NCBI GenBank assembly: GCA_944329355.1
Contig: CALVID010000001.1
Location: 28,171 to 92,170 of the forward strand
DNA from: an uncultured Bacilli bacterium
GTDB lineage: Bacteria > Bacillota_I > Bacilli_A > RF39 > UBA660
Direction of reading: 5' to 3'
Length of the DNA stretch: 64,000 bases
The notes under the pieces were generated by a model, which worked only from the letters and a program-made list of their open reading frames with translations, had not been told where the DNA came from and ran no database searches. A program made the translations under genes and the position numbers. Shown here one piece after another: positions 32,582 through 40,536 of this stretch (positions within the stretch are counted from its first letter, which is position 1; every line of letters starts with the position of its first letter).

Positions 32582-33334
32582 ATGAAGGCATTAATAACAG
32601 GAGCTTCTTCAGGAATGGGAGCTGATATGGCTAGATATTTGGTTTCTGAGGGATATGAAGTAATACTTGTAGCTAGAAGAAAGACAAGATTAGAAAAATT
32701 AGTTAAAGAATTAGGTGATAAAGCTAGTTATATTGTTAAAGATATTTCTAGTACATATAATTGTATGGAGCTTTATAACGAGGTTAAAAAAGAAAATATC
32801 GATATTTTAATCAATAATGCGGGTTTTGGGGTTTTTGGCGAATTTAGTGATACAAATTTGGATAAGGAACTTGATATGATCGATTTAAATATTAAGTCTT
32901 TGCACCTTCTTACAAAATTATTTTTAAAAGATTTTAAGAAAAAGGATAGAGGTTATATTTTGAATGTGGCTTCTTCAGCTGGATTTATGGCTGGACCTTT
33001 GATGGCTAGCTATTATGCGACTAAGAATTATGTTGTCAGTCTTAGTTTGGCTATATATGAAGAACTAAAAAAAGATGGCAGTAATGTTTCAATAAGTGTG
33101 CTTTGTCCTGGACCAGTTGATACTGAATTTAACAAAATGGCTAGAGTTCATTTTTCTATTAAAGGTGAAAATAGTATGGATGTAGCCAGGTATGGTATTA
33201 AGAAAATGTTTGACGAAAAGTTAATTATAATCCCCAGTTTGAAGATGAAGTTAGGAATAGTTTTTATCAGATTTATTCCTAGAAAATTGCTTTTAAAAAT
33301 TAGTTATAAAATTCAAAATGGTAAGAGGAGTTAA
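32582..33334 (+). CDS. short-chain dehydrogenase/reductase (SDR) family oxidoreductase
   Basis: MKALITGASSGMGADMA (TGxxxGxG) and catalytic YxxxK (YYATK). Start at ATG 32582 is preferred over the longer ORF. Confidence 0.75.
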   Translation: MKALITGASSGMGADMARYLVSEGYEVILVARRKTRLEKLVKELGDKASYIVKDISSTYNCMELYNEVKKENIDILINNAGFGVFGEFSDTNLDKELDMIDLNIKSLHLLTKLFLKDFKKKDRGYILNVASSAGFMAGPLMASYYATKNYVVSLSLAIYEELKKDGSNVSISVLCPGPVDTEFNKMARVHFSIKGENSMDVARYGIKKMFDEKLIIIPSLKMKLGIVFIRFIPRKLLLKISYKIQNGKRS

Positions 33335-33389
33335 GTCTTTAGTGATTTAACTTTTTCTTTGACGTATGATATAATTAAGGGGGATTTAT

Positions 33390-34559
33390 ATGGGTAAAAT
33401 ATTGGATTATGATGAAATGAATGAAATTTTAGATGGGCTTGATAATAAGGTTATTAAAAAAGAAAAGCCTATTGGTTATACTTATTTCGGCTATCCTATT
33501 GATCATTATGTATATGGTCATGGTAAATATCATGTTATTATTACTGGAGGAACACATAGTGCGGAACTTATTAGTAATGTTTTTGTAATTAGATTTATGG
33601 AAAAGTTGTCTAAGGGAGAGATTAAGATAGATGAGAATTATACTTTGCATTTTATTCCGATAGTGAATCCTGAAGGGACAATTATTGTAACGAGTGCGAT
33701 TAGAAGTTTGATTTCTAGAGATATTTCATTAGAAGAGGAACAGACATACTGTTTAACTTATTATAGAAATAGCTATATTGAAGGAGTGTATGCTGATAAA
33801 TATGGTGATAGAAATTATAAGTTACAACAAATGATGTTTAGAGGTGCTACTCCTTTGATTTTAGATGATAAGCATTATAGGTTAAAAGAGTATTTAATAG
33901 ATTTGTTTGATAAAAATAATTTACCTCAAGGATGTATGATTAATTGGTCTAGTAATGGTAGAGGTGTTGATTTAAATGCTAATATTGAATATAGTTCATT
34001 TATAAACAAGGTTAGTAATGGCGAAGAGATGTATGCTAAGTTACATTTAAATAATATTAGAAGAGATAAATTGGGTCCTTTGGGCTGCCCTTATTTTCAA
34101 AAAGGGAAAATTGAAAGAGAAAATGAGGCTTTATTGAAATTTTATAATGAAATAAAAAGTAAATACAATTATATAGGGTCTTTTATTTATCATAGTTGTG
34201 GTGATATAGTTTATTATTTAGGTGAGGCTAAAGAAAAAAATCCATGGATAAATTTAACTAAAGATGATGAAAGCAGAAATTTTGAAGTGGCTAAAACTTA
34301 TGCAGATAACGCGGGTTATAAATTAGATGGTTTAGAAATTTATACCACTATGGATTCAAAGTTGAAGAGTTTATTTCCAGTAACTCTTCTTATAGAACTT
34401 GGTTCTGTTAGGGCTACACCACTTTCTCAGTTTATGGATTTAGATATTGGTGGTGATGATGCTTTTAGATGTGTTTATAGTAAGATAATAAGTAACAATA
34501 TAAAAGCGATTATTAGGACATTAGAGGTAATGGTTAAAGTATATGAAAAGAAATTTTAG
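33390..34559 (+). CDS. M14 family zinc carboxypeptidase-like protein (gamma-D-glutamyl-diamino acid peptidase-like)
   Basis: GGTHSAEL matches the M14 HxxE zinc-ligand motif; size ~390 aa; no signal peptide. Confidence 0.45.
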   Translation: MGKILDYDEMNEILDGLDNKVIKKEKPIGYTYFGYPIDHYVYGHGKYHVIITGGTHSAELISNVFVIRFMEKLSKGEIKIDENYTLHFIPIVNPEGTIIVTSAIRSLISRDISLEEEQTYCLTYYRNSYIEGVYADKYGDRNYKLQQMMFRGATPLILDDKHYRLKEYLIDLFDKNNLPQGCMINWSSNGRGVDLNANIEYSSFINKVSNGEEMYAKLHLNNIRRDKLGPLGCPYFQKGKIERENEALLKFYNEIKSKYNYIGSFIYHSCGDIVYYLGEAKEKNPWINLTKDDESRNFEVAKTYADNAGYKLDGLEIYTTMDSKLKSLFPVTLLIELGSVRATPLSQFMDLDIGGDDAFRCVYSKIISNNIKAIIRTLEVMVKVYEKKF

Positions 34560-34634
34560 GATATTTTTTCAAAAAATTGAAACAATAAAATAATTTTGTT
34601 GTAAAGTGAGGTTAATTATACTATAATAATTTTC

Positions 34635-35399
34635 GTGGTGATTTTTATGCAGGCGTTTAGAATTAAAAACTTGAATTTTAGTTATGGGAATTTAAAAGTT
34701 TTTGATAATTTGAATTTAAGTGTTTCTGAAGGGAAATTTGTTACTATTTATGGTAAAAATGGTAGTGGAAAAACAACGCTTGCAAAAATAATTGGAGGAA
34801 TTTATAAGAGTAATTCAATTTGTTTTGGTGATCATGTAGATAAAAAAGATGTGTATATTCTTTCTGATGAATTAGATTATGATGGATATGTCATGAATAT
34901 TTTGATTAATGAGTTAAAGGGATTAGATAAGAAAAAAATCAGTGATAAGGTTTTAAAATTATCTAAGGAATTGGGTTTTGATAAGATTTTAAACCGCGAA
35001 TTTAATGATATTAATTTAAAAGAGAAAAGATTGGTTGGCTTAGGAATTGCACTTTTAAATAAGCCTAAGATATTAGTTTTAGATAATTTTTTTGAAGCTA
35101 TGGATAAAAAAACTAAAATATTTGTTTTAAGGAAACTTAAGAAAAAACCTTTTACAACAATTAATTTAACTAATGATTCTAATGATATGATGATGTCTGA
35201 TGAGATTTTTATTATTGGAAATGGGAAAGTATTATTAAAAGGTGGGAAGAAAAGGGTATTAGAAAATGAAGATTTTTTTGAAAAAAACGATATGTCTTTA
35301 CCTTTTGTAATAAATTTATCTAATAAACTTAGGTTTTATGATTTGATTGATAAAGTTTATTTTGATGAGAAAAAAATGGTTGATGATTTATGGAAATAA
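34635..35399 (+). CDS. EcfA-like ABC ATPase, degenerate (start may be ATG at 34647)
   Basis: Walker A GKNGSGKTT is intact. The signature (INLKEK replaces LSGGQ), Walker B (ILVLDN, no catalytic Glu) and H-loop are degenerate. Sits at the conserved post-rplQ ecfA1 position. Confidence 0.6.
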   Translation: MVIFMQAFRIKNLNFSYGNLKVFDNLNLSVSEGKFVTIYGKNGSGKTTLAKIIGGIYKSNSICFGDHVDKKDVYILSDELDYDGYVMNILINELKGLDKKKISDKVLKLSKELGFDKILNREFNDINLKEKRLVGLGIALLNKPKILVLDNFFEAMDKKTKIFVLRKLKKKPFTTINLTNDSNDMMMSDEIFIIGNGKVLLKGGKKRVLENEDFFEKNDMSLPFVINLSNKLRFYDLIDKVYFDEKKMVDDLWK

Positions 35400-36163
35400 T
35401 GTTTGATAATGTGAGCTATCGCGATTTGAAAAAATTATCTTTTATACTTAATGAAAATAAGATCACTTTTATTGTTGGAGAATCTGGCAGTGGTAAAAGT
35501 ACTTTGCTTTCTTTGATTAACGGCGATATTTGTGATTATAATGGTAATATTGTTAGGGAAAATGTTGTTTTTAATAAAATTGGGTTTTTAAGGCAAAATT
35601 ACGCGGATTATTTTTTCTTTAATACGATTTATGAGGAAATTGCATTTTATTTAAAGAAAAAAAGAATAAGAAATGAAAAGCAGGTTATTATGGCTTTAAA
35701 AATGGTTGGATTAGATGAGAGTTTTTTGAATAGATCACCATTTAAAATTAGTAAGGGAGAGCAAAAGAAGTTGGCTTTAGCTATATTACTTGCTCAGAAA
35801 TTTAAGGTATTTCTTTTAGATGAACCTTTTACTAACTTGGATGATGAAAGTAAAAAGAATATGATTAAATTATTTAGAATGATGAAATTAAAGTATGGAA
35901 AAACTATTGTAATCGCAACTACAGATACTGATGCAGCTTTATCTTTAGCTGATGAAGTGATAGGTATAAATAATGGTAAAGTTGTTTTTAAAGGTGATAA
36001 ATTTGAATTATTTACTAATAAAAAATTAATTGATGATTATAATATTAATGAGCCGGAAATTATAAGATTCACAAATTTGATTAAGGATAAAAAAAATGTT
36101 AAAATGGGATATCGTGATGATATAAATGATTTAATGAAAGATATATACAGGTTTGTTAAATAA
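35390..36163 (+). CDS. EcfA2-like ABC ATPase, partly degenerate
   Basis: Walker A GESGSGKST, Q-loop present, Walker B FLLDEP intact; the signature reads ISKGEQ (not LSGGQ) and the H-loop His is absent (ATTDTD). Overlaps the previous gene as in ecfA1-ecfA2 pairs. Confidence 0.6.
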   Translation: MEIMFDNVSYRDLKKLSFILNENKITFIVGESGSGKSTLLSLINGDICDYNGNIVRENVVFNKIGFLRQNYADYFFFNTIYEEIAFYLKKKRIRNEKQVIMALKMVGLDESFLNRSPFKISKGEQKKLALAILLAQKFKVFLLDEPFTNLDDESKKNMIKLFRMMKLKYGKTIVIATTDTDAALSLADEVIGINNGKVVFKGDKFELFTNKKLIDDYNINEPEIIRFTNLIKDKKNVKMGYRDDINDLMKDIYRFVK

Positions 36164-36214
36164 CAGATATTTGTGTTACAATAATATGTGTTTTGAAGTA
36201 GTAGGAGGAATATT

Positions 36215-36958
36215 ATGAGATACTTGATAACATTTGCTTATGATGGTTCAAAATATAAAGGTTATCAAAAACAGCCGAAAGAAAGAACTGTTCAAGGAGA
36301 ATTAGAGAAAGCTGTTAAAACAATTAATGGTCATAAAAAGGTTAGTATTCATGCTTCTGGCAGAACAGATGCGGGCGTACATGCATATAACCAAAAAGCA
36401 CATTTTGATTTGGATATTAAACATATAACTCCAGAAAAATTAAAAGATGGTCTTAATAGTTTACTTCCTAAAGATATTTATGTTAAAAATGTGGAAATTG
36501 TGGCTGATGATTTTCATGCAAGATTTAATGCGAAAGCTAAAGAATATATATATGTAATTAATATGGGTGAGTATAACCCGATCGAAAAAGATTATATATA
36601 TCAATATAATAAGAAGTTAGATGTAGTAGAGATGGAAAGAGCTTTAAAGTATTTAGAGGGTACTCATAATTTTAAATCTTTTACTAAAACTGATGAGGAA
36701 AAAGAAGATTATATTAGAACTATTGTTCAAACGAGATTAACTAGAGAACTTAAAAATGTTAATAAAATCACGCTTAGTTTTTTAGGGACAGGATTTATGC
36801 GTTATCAAGTAAGGAATATGATTGGAACATTAATTGAAATTGGAGAAGGCAAACGCAAAAGTGAAGATATAATTGACATTTTAAATGCACAAGATCGAAG
36901 AAAAGCTGGTAAGACGGCTAATCCTGAAGGTTTATACTTGAAGGACGTTCTTTATTAA
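36215..36958 (+). CDS. truA: tRNA pseudouridine(38-40) synthase TruA
   Basis: Catalytic RTDAGVHA motif; conserved position before rplM. Confidence 0.9.
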   Translation: MRYLITFAYDGSKYKGYQKQPKERTVQGELEKAVKTINGHKKVSIHASGRTDAGVHAYNQKAHFDLDIKHITPEKLKDGLNSLLPKDIYVKNVEIVADDFHARFNAKAKEYIYVINMGEYNPIEKDYIYQYNKKLDVVEMERALKYLEGTHNFKSFTKTDEEKEDYIRTIVQTRLTRELKNVNKITLSFLGTGFMRYQVRNMIGTLIEIGEGKRKSEDIIDILNAQDRRKAGKTANPEGLYLKDVLY

Positions 36959-37109
36959 AACAAAAAGGTAATGTTTTTGTAAATTTATCAATAATTTGTA
37001 AAATTGTTAAATAATGGTCAATAAAATGTATGAAAAACCCTTTTAAATCATATAATTTTATTGACTTTTATTAGTTTTTTGATATAATTGATATTGGTAC
37101 ATTTATTTA

Positions 37110-37133
37110 TCCCACATACGTAAGTCCTGGGAA
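37110..37133 (+). promoter_or_regulatory. hairpin in the rplM 5' leader (possible L13 autoregulatory leader); TTGACT...TATAAT promoter ~37062-37090
   Basis: TCCCA-N13-TGGGA stem-loop, GC-rich relative to surroundings, ~35 nt upstream of the rplM RBS. Confidence 0.3.
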
Positions 37134-37167
37134 AACTTGCGAATGTAAAGGAGAAAGGAAAGTAAAA

Positions 37168-37599
37168 ATGAAAACATACATGCAAAGAAAAGAAGATGTC
37201 GCTAGAAATTGGTATGTTGTGGATGCTGAAGGACAAACTTTAGGTCGTTTAGCTACTAAAGTAGCAAATGTTTTAAGAGGAAAACATAAACCTACTTATA
37301 CACCACATGTTGATGGTGGCGATTATGTTATTGTTGTAAATGCTAATAAGGTAGTACTTACAGGTAACAAATTAAACGATAAGATGTATTATAATCACAG
37401 TAGATATACTGGAGGATTACGTACAAGAACAGCTAAAGAAATGATTCAAAATTATCCTACTGAAATGATTGAAAGAGCTGTTAAGGGTATGCTTCCAAAA
37501 GGAAGATTAGGTAGACAAATGTATAAAAAATTATTTGTATATGCAGAAGGAAATCATCCACATAGTGCTCAAAAGCCTATCGAGATGAAAGTTGACTAG
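37168..37599 (+). CDS. rplM: 50S ribosomal protein L13
   Basis: ..[16 protein letters not shown].., typical of L13. Confidence 0.95.
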   Translation: MKTYMQRKEDVARNWYVVDAEGQTLGRLATKVANVLRGKHKPTYTPHVDGGDYVIVVNANKVVLTGNKLNDKMYYNHSRYTGGLRTRTAKEMIQNYPTEMIERAVKGMLPKGRLGRQMYKKLFVYAEGNHPHSAQKPIEMKVD

Positions 37600-37610
37600 G
37601 AGGAATATAC

Positions 37611-38024
37611 ATGGCAGAAAGAAAATTTGTAGGAACTGGTAGAAGAAAAGCGTCTGTTGCCAGAGTACAAATGGTACCTGGAAAAGGAACTATTACTGTA
37701 AATGGTAGAGATGTTAGAGAATTCTTCCCATATGAAACTAATATAATGGATTTAATGCAACCTTTAGTTGCAACAAATAATGAAAATACATTTGATATTA
37801 CTGTTAAAGTTAATGGTGGTGGATTTACTGGTCAAACTGGTGCTATCCGTTTAGGTATCACTAGAGCTTTATTAGAGTATGATAAAGAAAACGAAGGTAA
37901 AGAAGATAGTTATAGAAAAACTTTAAAAAGAGCTGGATTTGTAACTCGTGATCCTAGAGTTAAAGAAAGAAAGAAACCAGGATTAAAAGGTGCACGTAGA
38001 GCTCCACAATTCTCAAAGAGATAA
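37611..38024 (+). CDS. rpsI: 30S ribosomal protein S9
   Basis: C-terminal ..RRAPQFSKR. Confidence 0.95.
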   Translation: MAERKFVGTGRRKASVARVQMVPGKGTITVNGRDVREFFPYETNIMDLMQPLVATNNENTFDITVKVNGGGFTGQTGAIRLGITRALLEYDKENEGKEDSYRKTLKRAGFVTRDPRVKERKKPGLKGARRAPQFSKR

Positions 38025-38042
38025 TATGTTTTATCAAAAAAG

Positions 38043-38072
38043 CATTGGATTTTGGTTCAATGTTTTTATTTT
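38043..38072 (+). terminator. rho-independent terminator after rpsI
   Basis: CATTGGA-ttttgg-TTCAATG stem-loop followed by a TTTTTATTTT run. Confidence 0.6.
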
Positions 38073-38200
38073 GATGTAAATTTAGAAAGAAAGTTTGTGA
38101 TGATGTCTTTTTAAAATGTGTAAAAAATCATGTAAAGTTAAAATCCTTTTAATTTTTAATATTGTTAAAATTTGGATATATACATATAATGTTAGTATAA

Positions 38201-38262
38201 GGTTGGAAATCATAGGGGCTGGTGTACGCACCAATTCAAATTTCCAACTTTTTATATTTTTG
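38201..38262 (+). other. GC-rich nested stem-loop element followed by a T-run (attenuator, terminator or small RNA element)
   Basis: GGTTGGAAAT...ATTTCCAAC 9-10 bp outer stem enclosing an inner GGTG-TACG-CACC hairpin (loop AGGGGCTGGTGTACGCACC), then TTTTTATATTTTTG. Located ~180 nt after rpsI and ~70 nt before the next gene. Confidence 0.4.
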
Positions 38263-38331
38263 AATTTTTATTAATCAATAGATTATGGTATACTGGTTAC
38301 TAGATGTAATTAGATATTGGTGGTGTTTAAG

Positions 38332-39210
38332 ATGCTTAAAATTAGTGATGAATGGAATGATTATGAATGTTTAGATGCTGGTAATGGTGAGAAACTGGAA
38401 AGATGGGGTAATGTTATTTTAAGAAGACCAGAACCTCAGGCTATGTGGGAAATTAATTGTGATAGTCAGTGGAATAAAGCAATAGGATTTTATCATAGGT
38501 CTAATCAAGGCGGAGGTTATTGGGAGTTTAAAGATAAATTACCAGAGTTTTGGACTGTAAATTATAAAGATTTAAAATTTAAGGTTACACCTACTAATTT
38601 TAAACATACTGGTTTATTTCCAGAGCAAGCTACTAATTGGGATTTTATGATGAATAAGATAAAAAAAGCGGTTAGTGAAGGAAAAAAAGTTAAAGTTTTG
38701 AATTTATTTGCTTATACTGGAGGAGCTACTATGGCATGCAGTAAGGCTGGGGCTGATGTAGTGCATGTAGATGCTTCTAAAGGTATGGTTATGTGGGCTA
38801 AAGAAAATAGAGATTTATGTGAATTAACTGATCATAATATTCGTTTTATTGTGGATGATTGTTTAAAGTTCGTACTCAGAGAATATAGGAGAGGTCATAA
38901 GTATGATGGTATTGTTATGGACCCTCCTAGTTATGGTAGAGGTCCTAATAAAGAGGTTTGGAAATTTGAAAAAAATATGACAGTTTTATTGGATGCTTGT
39001 TTAAAAATATTAAGTGATAAACCTTTATTTTTACTAATTAATGCTTATACGACAGGTATTAGTAATATTGTTTTAGCTAATATGCTTAAGACAATGATGT
39101 TACCACTTTATCCTGGAAAGATTGAATCTGGGGAAATTGGTTTACCAATTAAAAGAAATAATATGATTTTACCTTGCGGAATATATGGGAGATGGGAAAG
39201 TAATGATTAA
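38332..39210 (+). CDS. class I SAM-dependent RNA methyltransferase (RlmI/RlmK-like)
   Basis: SAM-binding FAYTGGATMA and DPPSYGRG (DPP-S/F motif); the ATG at 38332 is preferred over the TTG at 38317. Confidence 0.7.
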   Translation: MLKISDEWNDYECLDAGNGEKLERWGNVILRRPEPQAMWEINCDSQWNKAIGFYHRSNQGGGYWEFKDKLPEFWTVNYKDLKFKVTPTNFKHTGLFPEQATNWDFMMNKIKKAVSEGKKVKVLNLFAYTGGATMACSKAGADVVHVDASKGMVMWAKENRDLCELTDHNIRFIVDDCLKFVLREYRRGHKYDGIVMDPPSYGRGPNKEVWKFEKNMTVLLDACLKILSDKPLFLLINAYTTGISNIVLANMLKTMMLPLYPGKIESGEIGLPIKRNNMILPCGIYGRWESND

Positions 39211-39856
39211 TATTATTTATGAAGATAATCATTTATTAGTTGTGGAAAAACCTATTAATGTTCCTGTTCAAGCTGATAAGAGTGGGGATGAAGATTTACT
39301 TAGTATGTTAAAAAAATATTTAAAGGAAAAGTATAATAAACCTGGGGATGTTTATTTAGGGTTAGTACATAGATTAGATAGGCCAGTTGGTGGTGTTATG
39401 GTTTTTGCAAAAACATCTAAGGCGGCTAGTAGGCTTTCTAAGCAGATTCAAAAGCATGAATTTAAAAAAATTTATATGGCAGTTACTCAGGGTAAGGTTA
39501 GTGAAAATGGGGTTTTTAAAGATAAACTTAAAAAAGATGAGAAAACTAATATAACAATGGTTAGTGAAGATGGTAAGGAAGCAGAACTTAGTTATAATTT
39601 AGTAGGTTTTCTTAACAATTTATCTTTGGTTAGAATTAGTTTAAAGACTGGGCGCAGTCATCAAATAAGGGTGCAGTTTGCTTCTAGGAAGATACCACTT
39701 TATGGCGATCAGAAGTATAATCCTAATGCAGTTAAAGACCAGATTGCTTTATTTGCTTCTAAGATAGAATTTAAACATCCAATAACTAAAGAAGTTATGA
39801 GTTTTGAACTTCCACTTCCTGAAAGGTATCCATTTACTTTATTTAAAAGCGTTTAA
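39203..39856 (+). CDS. RluA family pseudouridine synthase
   Basis: Catalytic HRLDRPVGGVMVFAK motif; ATG at 39203. Confidence 0.8.
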   Translation: MINIIYEDNHLLVVEKPINVPVQADKSGDEDLLSMLKKYLKEKYNKPGDVYLGLVHRLDRPVGGVMVFAKTSKAASRLSKQIQKHEFKKIYMAVTQGKVSENGVFKDKLKKDEKTNITMVSEDGKEAELSYNLVGFLNNLSLVRISLKTGRSHQIRVQFASRKIPLYGDQKYNPNAVKDQIALFASKIEFKHPITKEVMSFELPLPERYPFTLFKSV

Positions 39857-39870
39857 ATGAGGGGATAAAG

Positions 39871-40536
39871 ATGAAAAAATTGAAAAATGTTATTATTGTT
39901 TTAGTATTTTTAATTTTAATGTTTTTTATTGTAAAAGCTTTTTTGAAGAAGCCAAATTTGATGCCAGTTAAGGGGCAATTAGAAGATTTGAATTTGTCTA
40001 ATGTTAATAAACTGATGATAGTTTCACACCCTGGAGATGAGAGTGTTTGGGGTGGAGTACATTTATTAACTGATAATTATTTAGTTGTCTGTGTATCTTG
40101 TGGTTATGATAAAAATAAAACTGATGATTTTTTAAAGGTGATTCAAAGTAGTGATGATTCATCTATTATGATGGGCTATTCTGATAAGATTTATTTTAAT
40201 AGAGATTATAAAAAAATAAAAAAACAACTTAAGTATATTTTAAATTATAAAAGTTGGAGTGAGGTTATTACCCATAATCCTGAAGGGGAGTATAATAATT
40301 ACCAACACGTTCAAATTAATAAGATTTTAAACGAGCTTAAGGTAAATAATCTATATTATTTTGGTAAGTATTATAGTGAAAAAGAGTTAGATAAATTAGA
40401 TTTAGAAACTACCTTAGATGGTAAATTAATTAAAGATAAAATAAATATGGTAAAAAAATACGATAGTATATATGATGATTATAAACATATTTTACCTTTT
40501 GAAGATTGGATTGGAGCTAATAAATGGAAAGATTAA
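39871..40536 (+). CDS. PIG-L/LmbE family N-acetylglucosaminyl deacetylase-like membrane protein
   Basis: N-terminal TM; VSHPGDESVWGG resembles the PIG-L (A/S)HPDDE zinc motif. Confidence 0.5.
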   Translation: MKKLKNVIIVLVFLILMFFIVKAFLKKPNLMPVKGQLEDLNLSNVNKLMIVSHPGDESVWGGVHLLTDNYLVVCVSCGYDKNKTDDFLKVIQSSDDSSIMMGYSDKIYFNRDYKKIKKQLKYILNYKSWSEVITHNPEGEYNNYQHVQINKILNELKVNNLYYFGKYYSEKELDKLDLETTLDGKLIKDKINMVKKYDSIYDDYKHILPFEDWIGANKWKD

